Origin: Hydrolagus colliei
Lineage: Eukaryota
Length of the DNA: 64,000 bases
Direction: 5' to 3'
Assembly: GCA_035084275.1 (NCBI GenBank)
Contig: CM068759.1
Location: forward strand, 2,480,001-2,544,000
Shown here: positions 23,984-38,585 of the stretch, piece after piece
Layout: every line of letters starts with the position of its first letter
Position numbering within the stretch: the stretch's first letter is position 1
Notes under the pieces: generated by a model
Told to the model about the DNA's origin: nothing
Databases searched by the model: none
What the model saw: the letters and a program-made list of their open reading frames with translations, nothing else
Position numbers and translations under genes: made by a program

Positions 23984-26900
23984 CTTAAAACAGACTTTTA
24001 AGATATGCGTTTTTACATGAAAGGCACTGTATCAATGCAAGGTGTTACACTGTATTACACTGTCATCTTACAGGAAAAAAAAACTAACTCTACATTTTCT
24101 TTCAGGTGGACAGACACACATCTTCTGTGACACTTCCAACATCACAGCTGCAACAAATCAGAAAGTTCCACTGAGCTACTCTCTCGCTTTGGGGGGATCA
24201 GAGAAGTGAGTTTAAAGGTAAGACATAGGTAACGAGCGGAGGGAGAAGGAGCGAAAAGTGGACTATGAAATGCCCTGATGATTTTTACTCTGTTGTATTA
24301 TGATATTGTAATAACGGTAAAATGTAATGAAGAGCATTGAACCACCAGAATATTTTGGGTGGCGCATTAGTAGGAGAGCTCATGCATGGGTCGAACAAGC
24401 AGTGATAAGCAGCTTTAATTCTGTTCTATTTTCAAGCTTCAAATCTCTGCCACGTTTCTTGTCAAAGTTGCTGAGCGAAGGCCAGGAGGGACTGAGAGTT
24501 AGAGAGTTAATTATCCCTGGTCCATTCTCCACACCTTCAGAATTCAGGTGCAGAGCAACTTTACAGATGTGCTAATGTATCTGTAGTTTGGGGCAAATAG
24601 TAATTTTTTTTTACCAGTTTCAGTGGCCACATGTTATTTTAACAGTGATTTCAACTCCCAGCGGTGCCCAACGTTAAAAATAGCTTCCAGGATTGCAAAT
24701 CAGGTGCAATTGTAACTGAGCCTACCACAGTAGTAAGATTTACCAACATAGAGAGAGAGAGAAAAAGAGTGTGGCAGTCACAGATTGTATTAACGGACTG
24801 GATTTCGAATACAGTTAATTGGCTTGCACAGTGTAATGGAAAGTGAAATCTATCCCAAACGGCTTCTGCCTGAGACCCGTGTTTCCTATTCGGGCTCAAA
24901 TTGTGCAGGTCAATGACTTTCAATTAACACTGAGAGGCTTTCATTTCCACTTGTGTTGTGCACTCTGTACAGCAAAGTAACACATATCTGCATACAGTAC
25001 TTTTGTATCTTTAACTGCGTTGAATGTGTGCAAAATGCATTGTGAATTATTTGTGTACCGCATCACACACAGAGAAATATAGTACAGTACCAGAAATACA
25101 TCTTGATGCATAACATTCAGGAATGCAGAATGGACTTAAGGAAATGACCGTAGGGGAGAAATGATAGGAAACCGAATTGCTCCTTAATGTCTTCATGATT
25201 CTGCTTTGAAATGTACAATGAACTGAATGGTAAACAGAAATATAACATCCAATTGGAATTGCCTTTGAATGATAAATGGCCCAGGGATATGTTTCGCTTT
25301 CCTGTTGTCGAGTGGTCTTGGATTCCAATGCTGTTACCCTCCATTCAATTTTATTTCCCCTTTTGAATTGGGGGTGGGATTGTCGCTCATGTAAATAAGA
25401 TTTGCCTGAAACTGATTTGCCACTTACCGCAATGGGATAATGCATCTCCGTAAAAATCCCACCACCCCCTTCAGCGTTACATTCTGAAAATAATCTTTCA
25501 TGGTCTTTCCCTCGTCATAACTCATCCCAACTTACCGGCTGTCATTTACTTCAATGTTTTGCCTCAAATATATCCAACATTTTGTTCCGCCTCCCCCCCC
25601 CCCCCCCACCCACACACCCCACCTCCCCAAAATTACAGTTTTCCTGGTGTCGTATACTGGTTTGAAGGGCAGATTTCGAAAATAAAGTTATTCAGATGCA
25701 ATGGATTAAGTTTCAGAATCTTAAAACCATTATCAGAAGCAATTACAATCATCCTGCAAGAGAGACTGCTTCATAATGTTTCCAAACCCAGCAGTGAAAA
25801 TAATGCTTACTTTTTTTGGTGGGGGAAGATTTAGGATTAGCCCCGTGTTACTGTATAATATCAAACGCAAAATATATTAATAATACTTTGCAGTCGATAT
25901 CGCGCCTTATTACCTGGTCGAGATGCCACAATGCGCTTCACAGGAATTGCTGTTGGGCGCAAAGTGGTTGCACATTCGTACGTTAACTTCCATAATTTTT
26001 ACATATAATTTGGTTCAAGTTTTTTGTGTCTCCAGCATATTGAGTGTTGTATAGCCTGGGTCAAGAGAGAATATAGGTGTGCGTGCATGCGTGCCTATGT
26101 GCGTGGCTCCCAATCTATTCACCTTCATCCGGCCTCAGAAAAGTTCTCCTCGTTGCCCTGCCATGACACGTCCATTTCTCACATTGGGCATCTTCGTGGC
26201 TTCTTTGGAATCGGATCCCCAGACAGTGCGAACATCATGGGCAGTTTTATCCTTCCTGGGCATTGGATTGCGACTGTGCAAATTCATTTCATGTTGGATG
26301 CTCACAGCTGCCGGAGCGAGGCTTTGATCTTATCGGTCTGATCTGGAATCAAACAGAAGATTAGTGTCCTGAGCTATGCTAGAACTGGAAAGCTCCAGTG
26401 CATTATTCTCCTCCCACCATGTGTTAAATGGAGAAAACATATTTTCTGAATAAACTGTGGGTACAGTCCAATCCTATACTAGAAAGATCTGACTCCTTCG
26501 TCCGCGCAAAAATGTTCTTTGTACCCGAGTAGCGCATGTGCATTTCGGTTTACTGCGTTTCAGAACGCAGTCTTGCAGCTGTTTGCTTCAGGTGGTGAGC
26601 AGTCTATGTGCAGCTGTGCTTGGTTGAGCTGACTCATTACACCGAACAGTATTGTGTCTTGTGGGGCATGGGGTGGTGGGGGGGTGTTCATGCATGAATT
26701 CTTCACTGCTGCGAGTCACACAATGGTTCTTTAAGTCAACAAGTCTTGTTTTCTCTGCAGCCTTTTGGTACTTGAAGAAGAAACTTTAGAGATCCCTCGA
26801 AAGTTTTGAGTATTCAAGGAATTGTTCACAATTTGGGCTGTGTGATATCTTGATGTGCAATGACAGTGTATTCTCTAAGTGTTTGCCCACAAAATACACT

Positions 26901-27130
26901 TTTTCCTCCCTTTGCGAATGTGCCAAATGTAAGGATTAAGGAATAATATATATTCTAGTCCAACATTTTGTGTGGTCTACAGCATGCTGTGGTCTTTAAT
27001 CAGCACAGTATTTGATCTATGAATGATAGAATGAGTGATATTTCTAATTTTTCACTTGCCATTTTTTTTTCCTGGCCAGTTTTCGAACGGCCGTTTGTAC
27101 GTTTTAGCTTCAAACATCCAACTGTTATCT

Positions 27131-27391
27131 ATAATAATATAATAATAATCCTTGCATTTGATATAGCACTTTTGATGTCTTCTAGACGTCTCAAAGCGCT
27201 TCACAGAATATACTGTAAAGTGAATTGACTGTATATTAGCGGGCGAAACACAACAGCCAGTTACGCACAGCAGTATCCCACAAACAGTCGTGGACTGAAA
27301 TGACCCATCTTTTTTTGAGGAATTAGTATTGGAATTGAATCCAGGTCTCTCACTTGTAAGGCGAGTGCTTCAACCACTGAGCTACAGGGCT
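27131..27391 (-). mobile_element. Dominant SINE with an internal deletion after the tRNA head
   Basis: tail, core and head present; the GGAGTAAGGAAACTTGCCCAAGG segment is missing. Confidence 0.9.
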
Positions 27392-28811
27392 CTGATTAGC
27401 ATCTGGAAGCCTGACCATTCATTTTGCCCCGAAAGCCTTTTCCCAAGCGTCACGGACAGCACCAGCAATGTTGCATTCATTGTGTGCGTGATGATGTTGT
27501 GAAATCCATCACACAGTTGCAATCAATGGTGGAGAATTCCATCGCTGCATTTACCTGAATTAATGCTGCACTATGCAATGTATATCAAATAGCTGGGATC
27601 CAATGCTAAAATGTGTTCTGGCAATAATCCTCAAAGAAAAGTGTGAAATACCTTTCAAGAAATACGTTAACAGCCAAGCTTGGCAAAGGAAATTTATACC
27701 TCAACTCAAATGTAAGCTTTTATTAATGAACTAAACAACATTCTAGCCATAAAACAAAATGAGGTGTTTTATGGATAGAATAAAAGGTAATTCCTTCTAT
27801 TTTTCAGGTTTTTAAGCCAATGTGTATGTTACTTTATTGCAGTTGGTTATGATAATTGTTAGTGAACCTCTTAAGAACAAAATAGTTGTACGTGACCTTT
27901 GAATGTTCAGACCAGCATCAAATATTGGAAGTTACTGATTTACGCAATGTGAGGCAATCCTCTGTCTTATCATCTGATCGCCCACCTTCAATACAATGTA
28001 CATACAGCTATGAAATCAATTGCAAGCAGGAAAAGTTTCAATAGGGGAAACTGACACGAGGATGAAAAGGTTTACGCAATGAGGAATACTTTTACATTTT
28101 CAAATCGGCACAGCTGTTTTGATATAGTAAAGGCTAAAATCAGGATTAACCTGAGACTGACCCCAAACAAGACTACGCAAAGAGGATTATTTGGCATTAT
28201 TTGATTCTATAGAAAACTTGATTTGTGTTTAAGCTTCGTGCCAACCTTTCGTAATATTTCTCAGTCCAGAATGAGTTCAGCAACAATTGTGCAGATTGTT
28301 GCACATGGCATTTGTACTCTATAATGCATGTGTTCTATATTGCAGTGTCTGAAACGCTGACTGTCCAGTGCCGATCTTGTTTTTGTTGTTGTCACAGGAA
28401 TTTACAAAACAAAATCTATAATAGGTATGCTTAACGGAGAGGTGGGGGTTGGGGCGGGCGGGAATAAATACTACACAGCTTCTTCAATGAGGTACAGTTT
28501 GGATTTGGTTTCCCTCATATTTTCAACAGAACATTTGGCTTGTGGCATTAATATGTACCGTGTCAAATTTCCCAACTGTTGCAAAGTACAAGGAGTTTAA
28601 TTTCCTGTTGCTTTAACTAGGTACAACGCTTGCACACGCGGGGACTTAATATTCCACCGAGGTTTCTGATTTATTTTATGCTCGAGATTCTGATGGTAGA
28701 GAGCTAATGTTTTATTTCCCTTTGCAATGATTCACTCGCATCTTTTGGTGCGATGCTTGGTTTTTGCCACTTTGTGAGTTCCTGTAAATGAACAGCGCGT
28801 AATCCCTTTGA

Positions 28812-29020
28812 AAAATAATAAGTCACTCAATCCGCGACTGTTTGTGGCACGCTGCTGTGCTCAGTTGACTGCTGCACAAATGTACAATTTATATCAATTA
28901 TATATCAATTCACTTTACATTATATTCTATTACGTGCTTAGATTATTATTTTATAATAACAATAATTATTATTATTATTAGAGATGTCTCGATGACGTGA
29001 TCAAGAGCTGTAGCAAATTA
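28812..29020 (+). mobile_element. Degenerate dominant SINE 3' half
   Basis: CAATCCGCGACTGTTTGTGG..GCTGCTGTGC..ATTCACTTTAC. Confidence 0.6.
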
Positions 29021-30848
29021 TTATGTGCTGTTCAGTCGGACTTGGAGAAGGGAAGAATATAACATAAGAAAGGTTTGCCAGAATCAATTAAAAAAAAACA
29101 AGCTGATCTTTCCCTCATATCTGCCACTACATCTCCTCAAATCCTGCGTCAGTAATTCTAAACTGGGTCAATAGAGTGTGAACTATTAACACAGGAGGTT
29201 ATGTTTCAGAACAGGATGAGCTATACGCCCTCTGTACAAAATGGTCCTTCGTAAGCTTCACATTCACACCTTTTCCACTCTGTTATTCCATAATGATTTG
29301 GTCTCACTCCATAAGCAGTGACACATTTCCACCTCCTCCAGATAGTTTGCGAAATTACCGGAAGCCTTTTGTCACCCATAAACTCATCAGCCAACGAAAG
29401 CTACTGACACCGGTGCTCTCTCCCCAACCATAAAACTGATCATTCCAAGCTGTTCAAGAATCCATCATATTATCATTAATCCTTTTTGATGGACATCCTG
29501 TCTAGGTAAACTGGAAGAATAGACCTATAACTAGGCAGAAAGGTCTCGATTTGAGATGAATTATCTTTTCCCTCCTTAACCCCCCACCCCCCAAAAAAAA
29601 ACTACTTTGACAGAACTGAATACCAAGAGTTCTCCAGAGCTCAATACCTTAGCAGTTCAGGCAATCTGTTAAGATTAGTTTCTTAATATCTCATCCATGA
29701 CCTAGTCTCGAAGTGGATTACGAATCCTGTATGTACTTTTACTTAATACATTCATCCTCTCTAAGGAGCTGGAAGCTTTGTCCTCTCTATGGGGGCAGTC
29801 CAGGGACGAGTTTATCTGATAGCAGTTCTCATCCCTAAAGGAATCTGCATTCACTTGCCTCCTCTTTCTCTCTCTCTCTCTCTCGCTTACTGCCGTAAGA
29901 CTCCACGATCTACTCATCGGGAACCGCTGCAGTTATCAAAGTGTGTGTGTGTGAATGTGTGTGTGGAAAGTGCAAGGTATTCTATGATGTATTGTTGAGT
30001 CCCAAGCACACCATCAGTTAACCTGCTGCAGTAAGTAACCCATGGCATGTTAGATACTAATCTCTTGGAACTTCACCTTGATCATCTGGAGATTTTACGG
30101 CATTTCGCTTTCAACGTCTTTCATTCAACAAGGCGTTATTAAACACAATGAGTTATTTGACAGCAGAAGCCACATCTATCTTTGCACTGTTTTTTAAATG
30201 GGTGGAATGTGGAGCCCATGACAATTCTAAACTGGATTTAAAACATGAATCCTAAAATTGCACAATCTCATCCCTTTTATGGTCAAATAATCAAGTTTTT
30301 TGTAGTATAATTTGTTGAATGAAACCCCCCCAAAAAACAAACAGACAGACAGACACACACACACACAGAGTCTTGTCTGTTGAAAGGCCTTGAATGATTC
30401 TTTATTCATCTGTGAAATTTAGCGATGCCTTTCCAAACTACATAATTCATAAAGCGGCTCTGATTAACTGAGAACAGTTTCAAAACCTTTAAAACAAATG
30501 CACTTTGGCACAGCCTCTGCACTGTTTTAATGTGTTGTGTCATTCGGGACCATGTCCCAGTCAGCAATGTACAAGATAAATATCTCCATGGGGGTGAGGC
30601 TGATTGGAGAACTCCCAAGGAATTAAGTCATTAAGATAGATCCTGGTCAGGCTAGTGAAGGCAGATATTCATCACATCCAAATAATCTCCAGAAAAACTT
30701 ACTATTTATAATTCTTTTGAGATTTTCTTTTGAAAGCTTACTTTTAATAAGTCATTTTTTTCCCTTTGTTTCTTTCCCTGTTGTATAAACTCCGGTGTGA
30801 AATGCCCAACAATGCCATTCATTGGTATCTATGGTACCTGCGTTAATT

Positions 30849-31066
30849 AACAATAATAATAATAACAATAATCTTTGCATTTTGATATAATGCTTTTCAC
30901 ATCTTCTGGACATCTCAAAGAGCTTCACAGAATAAACTGTAAAGGTGAATTGACTATATTTGTGATGAAACGTGACAGCTAATTGCTCACAGCAGCATCT
31001 CACAAACAGTCGTGGATTGAATTACCAAATTATTATAGATTTTTTTCTAAGGATTATTATTATTAT
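30849..31066 (-). mobile_element. Dominant SINE, 3' part
   Basis: collinear with the other copies. Confidence 0.85.
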
Positions 31067-31159
31067 AACAATGTGCACACCTTAATCATTTGGGAAAGTT
31101 TCTTTACAAACAGGGTGCAATTAATCATTTTTGCACCCCAGACTCTGCAAATAAACATG

Positions 31160-31263
31160 GTACACGGTCGCTACTATTTATAGTATATTCTGTGAAGTGC
31201 TTTGAGACGTCTCCAAGATGCGATAAGGCACTGCATATCAAATGCAAAGTTTGTTTTATTATT
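31160..31263 (+). mobile_element. Dominant SINE tail fragment
   Basis: TATATTCTGTGAAGTGCTTTGAGACGTC..ATATCAAATGCAA. Confidence 0.8.
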
Positions 31264-32504
31264 AAGAAATAAACCTCAGCAAGAGGGTTGTTGGAAAGAA
31301 ACTGCGCGTTTGCTCTCAAATATAATATATACACGTATATGTTTATCTACTTCCCCTCCGCTTTCCCCGACTTGTTTGGTTTACTCACCGCGACAGACAA
31401 TTCCTGTGGCTTGGGTGGTTTTTTGATGGATTTTGAAGGTGATTCAGAACAATTAGATGTTCCTTGCTCGTGCTGGTCAGTGAAAACAAAACCCCGCTTT
31501 GTGGGCTGCTGTGGGCTAGAAGAAAAAAAAGTGACTCCAGATATTATTCATTGATCAGCAGCCATGTTTTCAGAAAGTATGTTCTTCTGCACTTTGGAAG
31601 AGAAAGGGAAGTTTTACGCAACTATCAATTAGAATATTTCGAAAGCTATATTTTTTCAGGTGCCTATCAATGTGAAAATCTAGCATACGTTGCTATGCGT
31701 GGAGATTCTTTTAGCGGGTCGCAAGGTCAAAAGTCAGCCTCGACTGATCTCCAGAGTGACTTCCGCTTGTGTTGACTGAAGATTTTTGGCTCGGCTCTCC
31801 GATGGTACAAAACGCTGCGGTTAGAAATCTGATAGCACCCAAATTCACTGCGTCGTCCCTGGAGGAGGAAGAGACAGCAAGCTGGCTGGAGACAGCGGCG
31901 GAGAAGCTACTGAAGAGGGAGAAAGGTGAATAATGCGCATTGAGTAAAATGAACTGCATTTGCTCACCAATATCACGCAGTCACTCACCGTGGAGCGCTT
32001 CGAGACGTAGAAAAGTGGGGGTGTTTGAAAATGGAAGGACCGCGTAATAATGGGCTATATTAAATACGAGGATTATTTTATACAGTCAATGTCACCGTCT
32101 GATACTCAACATCTAGACCAGGGCTCTGAGCCAAGAAGTTTCCTCCCAACTTAAATTTCAATAGAAAGGGCGTGCAAACCACAGACTTCTAACAAAAATG
32201 AGGCCAGAGGTGATTTGACATTCTCACACGAAATGGGTGTATTGCATACCATGAGGAACATCAGCTGTGTACAGGATAGTTCTCACCGAATGCTTATGGC
32301 TTGTTTATAGCCTTGATCCCATGTAAGGTTGTCCCATATCCTTTTGTTTCAATGTTGCGCTATCCTTTTATCTCGGATAAGGATGTAAAGGCAAGACCAA
32401 AAGTGTCCTGGCTGATGAGAAAACTTTTCTTTTTGAACACTCTCTCTGTACAGTTCAGAATGAAGACATTTGCTCTCTTGCTATCCCTCTTACTACACGA
32501 GTTT

Positions 32505-32824
32505 AAATAAATAATCCTTGCATTTGATAAAGCGCTTTTCACGTCTTCGAGACGTCTCAAAGCGCTTCACGGAATATACTGTAAAGTGAATTGATTGCAT
32601 ATTAGTGGGCGAAACACAGCAGCCAATTGCGCACAGCAGTGTCCCACAAACAGTCATGGATTGAAATGACCAATTTATTATTATTGTTTTTTGAGAGATT
32701 ATTATCGGAATGTGTGGAGTAAAGAAACTTGCTCGCGGTTTCGCCTGACGCTGCCTGGAATCAAACCCAGGTCTCTCGCTTGCAAGGTGAGTACAGTACT
32801 CTAACCATTGGGCTATAGGACTCC
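32505..32824 (-). mobile_element. Full-length dominant SINE
   Basis: tail through tRNA-like head (CTAACCATTGGGCTATAGGA). Confidence 0.92.
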
Positions 32825-34223
32825 ACAAGTTTGCATTCTCAAGAGGCACTGGGCTTTGACTTTGTTGGCATATATAGCCACTGGTTTTGACAGTGTAAAT
32901 ACTACTGTCAGCCCAAACAATTGATAAATCTCATTACAGTCTTGAAAGATTTAGTTCATGGTCGTAATCCTTTACTAATGAGAAATTATGCATTTATATG
33001 TGCAGTTGGAGGTCTTCCAGTTTAGCAAAGGTAACATAGAATCCTCCACTGTACCTGTACATTATGTAACTAATGTAAAACTATATTTTCTATTTTCTGA
33101 TTCCTATCAGTACTTTAGAAAGTTAGAAATCGATGTGGAACAGTCAAAAGATGTGTTTCATGGGATGGTTGCTTTTGTACAGCTTTATGTAGGCGCTTAG
33201 TAAATGCAAATAACAATGTTCTCAAAGATCAATGAATAGTTTTGTCAAAGGAACTGAGAATTTACTGCAAATGCTGCCTGGTCTAAACGTTACCGTATTG
33301 TTGAAATGTACCGCAGTAAAATTAAGATTACGTTTTGAATGGAAGTCTTCGTCGTGTATGAAGTGTGTTATTGATGATCCATAATTGGGAATAATCAAAT
33401 GCATCCGGTGGCGGTCGATCAATAGATACATTCATCAATTCCCGTCATTAAAGAAAAGCATTTGTTTCCATTCAGGGGGGGAAAACATCAGTGGTGGTTT
33501 CTAATTTGGCTGCAGTTAAATATGATTTTTAAAAAACTGCAAGTCAATATTCAGACTGTAAGACAGCTGACTATCCGATCCCCTTCCCTCAATTCCCCAC
33601 AGAATCAATGGATGAAGACATGTTATCCTTTTATCTCACACAGGAGTGAAGAAGCGTAGCCTTTTGTCTATGAATCCAACCACTGGTGTGGTTAATTTAA
33701 ACTAGGCAGTTATTTGCAGCCTCGTATGGTTTCAGCGCTGATCAAACAGAAATGTGCGTCTCGTAGGCAGGTAAAAGAGGATTTGGTTTGGTATTTTTGT
33801 CATGATTGCTGAAACCTTGGGCAGCTAATTAATTTCCTTCAGTTTGAAGAAACTGCAGTAAGACCCAGTGTGGTTGGTGTACAGCAAAACCTTGTTTTTA
33901 ACAATTGACATTTTCTATCCTGAATTTGGAATACTGGTGCTTTTAACAACTTCTTCTCTCTAGTGAGCTGGCTCCTCTTGACAATGACCTTCAAAGAATG
34001 GGCAGAAGCCATCCCAAAATAAAAGAATTCTAGCATCTGTTGTCAGTAAATAATGTTCAAAGGCATACAAATTCTGAGCCCTTTTCTTAGTTGCACCTCA
34101 TAGAATTTATGTCAAATTGATTTAATGCTTTGCTATTATAGTAGCATGTTGTGTTACATGTAGTTGGGGCGTGGGGGAAGTATTTAGCAATTTGGCTAAC
34201 TTGGTATTAACTCTCATGTTAAA

Positions 34224-34338
34224 AATGATAATCCATGCATTTTTGTTTGATGTAGCGCTTCATCGGGTCATCAATATGGCTCAAAGCGCTTCACAGGATT
34301 GACTGTATAGTGTAGTGACTGTGTATGTATTGGCGAAC
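34224..34338 (-). mobile_element. Diverged SINE tail fragment
   Basis: TCAAAGCGCTTCACAGGATTGACTGTA. Confidence 0.65.
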
Positions 34339-34654
34339 ATTTTAATTGTTTCCTTTTGAAACAACCCAGGAATATCCTTTACTGCTTGTGACATCAGTTG
34401 TCATCGGCTTTGATCTTTCAACCCAAGACATACTGTTCCTATATCATGGCTTTAATTTCCCCCAACTTTGCTCTCTACATCAACCATTTATCTGGCTGTG
34501 GGTTTGGAAGAGCTGGGTTCTATTTGTGGCTGGAAGAGAGGTCAGGGTTGATGTTTTGATTGTCTTGTCCTCTGTGACCTAAGGCAGCAGTTTTGAATCA
34601 CCAGAATCTGAGCAAAATGTTTTTGCACATAACAAATCCTACCAAACAAGAACT

Positions 34655-34946
34655 TAATAATAATAATAATAATAATGATCCTTGCATTTGATATAGCGCG
34701 TTTCACATCTTATCGACATCCCAAAGTGCTTCACAGAATATACTTTAAGTGAATTTGTTTCTATATATTTGTGGGTGAATCGCGGCAGCCAATTGCGCAC
34801 AGCAGCGGCCCCCACAAACAGTCGTGGATTGAAATGACCAATTTTATTATTGTGGTTTTTTTTGAGGGATTATTATTAGGCGTGTGGAGTAAGGAAACTT
34901 GCCCAAGGTTTCGCCCTGACCTGCCTGGATTCGAACACAGGTCTCC
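34655..34946 (-). mobile_element. Dominant SINE lacking the A-box end
   Basis: tail through B-box (GGATTCGAACACAGG). Confidence 0.92.
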
Positions 34947-37900
34947 CCAGAACATAAACTTTCTGTTTAAGGTGATCCTATTTAATGTCACCATTCCAGA
35001 GTTGCTGCTATTTTGGTGGGTTCTCAACTTGTAATCTTCTGGTCAGAATGTTCTAACCATATCAAGTAATCAAGCTAAAATATAATAATACAATTTGTTT
35101 GGCCTATATATATATATATATTTTAAATGTCTTGTATCTCATTTTGAGATACTTTGACCCACCATCAAACTGTACGTGATCCAAACTAGTCGATCTAAAG
35201 AAAACCATACATTTCCTTTCTTTTTAAGATTTATAGGCAAGAAAGTGCTAAAAATTGAACATTAGATGAGCGGAAGAAAGAAACGATAAAAAGTAAAAGT
35301 TAGGAATGTTACTTATTATTTTACTGAGTCATCCCAGCACACACTTATCAGTCTCTCATGCAAATGCTTCTGTTGGGATATGATCGCTTAAATCTGGTGT
35401 TGTGCGTTACATCTGGATGTTAAGGACATGGGAATGTGAAATCAATTCCACCAGTGACCCTGAACTCCTACCCCACAGGCTATGGCATAGTATGCAATAA
35501 CTGTGCTCAGGAATGCTTTGCTGATGTGCCACTTGGGATTAGTGTTCAGATTTCAATGGCCCTAAAAGGCAGATAATCGCTCAGCTAAAACTAAAGACTG
35601 CTACTAAAAAAAACGCCAGTGAATATGTAACTCTTGCTACTCAGTTGAGCAACATACTCGGAGATAAGCATTCCTCTGTTAAATCACCAGATGTACATTT
35701 GACAGTAATTGAACCTTAGTATTCTTAAAATTTAAATGAGTAAAGCATTAAAGCATTATATGTTGCTTCACACGAAGATGATTTTTTACAGAGTTCTAGA
35801 TATTCCACATAGCTTTGGCTTTGATTTTACACCCCATTCCTCCAGCCAGAAATTTGTGCGTTTGTACATATGCTTATCTTCATATCAAAAAGCAAGTTTA
35901 ATTTTTGAAGAGGCTCAAAGCTTTGATCTCCATATTAAAACTGTCCTATTAGCAACCTAATTTCACTTAGAAGCTTCCCCAGATATCTGAGGATTACACA
36001 TTACCTTGTCTGTCTCTATAATGTTACCTGATGGTCCAGTTGAGTTTCTTTGCTTCTTAGGCTTTGTTGAGAGTTCAACAAAAGCTGAAAAATGCAGTAG
36101 AGGCCCCGCATAATTATCATATGGGATTTTACACCCCATAGTTTATTTCAAATGATTAATTTGCAAAACGTTCTTGCTTGCATCCAGATTCAGAAATAGT
36201 GAACTACCTAATAACTCGACCCTGACTTGACTTGCCATTGAAACTTAAGTCATCAGACTGCCGATATCCCATCTGGCTTTATTCATGTATTGATAACTAA
36301 CTTTCCTCTCCAGATACTAAGTGAAGAATTATCAGGAATTTACTGTATTTCTGGTTCATGACACCCATGCTGAATTCAGAATCCCGATTTAAAAAAAAAT
36401 ATTTTTTAAAGTCTCCTTTTAATTATTATTAGTTTTACAAGACACTAGATGACAAATTGGTATGTGCAGCTAAGGTTAATAAACTCCCTGAGCATTGTCA
36501 CTGAATTGTATTGGGTCAGTTATCTGGGGGTATAGTAATTACTTCCCTTAACCTGTCAGTTGATTTATTGTGCAAACATATTTTCGGATGTGTTAGTGGA
36601 AAATAGAATGAGAAGTTAGTCATGTTGGTTCCACCTTTTTTTTGACGGTGATGATTCATACCAGGTCATTAAGGAGCCAAGGTATGCGGTTGCACTCTGG
36701 AGTAGACTAGACTCTTTGCATCCCTTCCCTTTGAGCCTGGACCCCTCCAACTGGTATTCAAAACACCCTCAGTAATGACCCTGTTAATCATAAACTTTTC
36801 ACACACAGTATTCCGGATGTGCGGTTGGTGAATATAACAATGAACATCATTCATCCAGAGTAAAGTCTTGCATTCCGTCAGTAATTTTGCTTTGGCAAAT
36901 CTATCAGTTCACAGTCTAAAGATAATTTTTCGTTCGTAGTTTTTTTTTAAAATTGACGGTTTATATATAACATAATGTAAATATATGTGTATATAAATAT
37001 AACTTTGTCAGACATCACTGCTCTCTCCATTATCTGGAGAGACAGTAAAGTGGAACAAATTCAGTAGCAGTAACAGTAAATAGGCTACATCGAAACAAAT
37101 GTGATATTATTATATATTATATGTTTGGATTGGTTTGCATATCTTGCTCATATCACAAAGGTTTGGGATTTTGTTTTGCTGTCGCTGGTTGTAAATAACG
37201 TATCTTCTTCCAGAAGCAACATGCGATGGCAACAAATTTAAGCTTTGGGAATTTTTGATTAATTTATCAATTCTTCTAACTGAAGCTCGAGTCCTGTAAT
37301 TTCCTTCGAAAAATAGCAATTAAACTGGTTGAATAGACCTTGGGATGCAGACGAATTGGCACGTCACTTTATTCACATTTAAATCAGTGAGAAGCGGAAA
37401 TCCACATGTCTGACAGGTCTTGAGTACAGTAGTTTGAATGAAGTTAAACTTGTTACGAATAGATTTTCTGCACCATAAACTTTAATAGGTCTGGGTGGAT
37501 ATTGCTGCAAGTTATAGAATCCTATTCGTACTAACATAATGATTGGATTGAATACATTTGTTCATAAGAAGGTGAAGCGTCATTCCGATTTTTATAATTT
37601 CAGGATTAATATTGTGGTAATTTAGTTTCAATTGACTGATACTCAAATTTAAAATCCATCATTTTGAATGGCTATGGGTTTGTTTGATGTTTGTTTATGA
37701 TTTTTATTTTAAGTAGAAGCACCGATCGATAAAATGCCCAAACTAAATTATTATCAAAATGTACCAAAAGCTCATTACAATTTACTCTTCAGGGAATTTT
37801 CAAAATATAATTTTAACACAATGTAATTCTGAGACTTTGGGTCCAATCTTCTATAGACTACATTTATCTGATAGACTGTAGACGACTCTTAAAGATTTAA

Positions 37901-38144
37901 TCTGCTGTTCAAAATCCTTGGCTAGATATTTGGAGCTCCTGGGCTAGTACGTAATCATTGAGACGTTTTTTTAAAAAAATGTACTTGACAGTAAACTCCC
38001 TTAAGCTTGAGTTCTTTACAAGAATGCTGAATACATCCTCTCGATAGTAAAGACGCTGTATAAAAGTAATTTTATATTGTAATTTTGTAATGGATTTTAA
38101 ATTTGAATAACTTTGTATTGCAATACTGCCACTTTGTCCAAAAA

Positions 38145-38167
38145 ACACACACACACACACACACACA
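38145..38167. repeat. (AC)n microsatellite
   Basis: direct reading. Confidence 0.9.
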
Positions 38168-38585
38168 GATAAAATGGATTCTTCTGGGATACTGTTAGTT
38201 TTTTCTTCATTTACCAGTAAGCTATGCATGGCCTGAAATTCCAGTCAGTGTGTGTCACATTTAATGATTTGCGATTTACAGTTTTGGAAAATCCCAATAG
38301 CGACCAAAATCACTGAGGATGCTACATTTAAACCGAGATTTCAACCCAAAAGTACTTAGACATCCATGCTTTTCAACACCTCTTCTGCACCCACTTCTCA
38401 TCTTGTTTTTTTTTGCTGCCACCCTTTTTTCTTATTCGGTCAAAGAGTTAAGAAATGCTTGTCCAATGTTGCTCAGTACAGTATTTGGATGATGGGTAGT
38501 GTTGATGGTGAGATGTCGATTTCCATGTTTCACCCACACCTGTGGTGCAGGATGGCAACACTGACCAAACACACCATGTTTGTAC

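Noticed and set aside
31790-31933. Short ORF MVQNAAVRNL..KREKGE
   Set aside because: The start resembles the L2 VQNAAAR motif and the rest has no recognisable homology; not supportable as a gene
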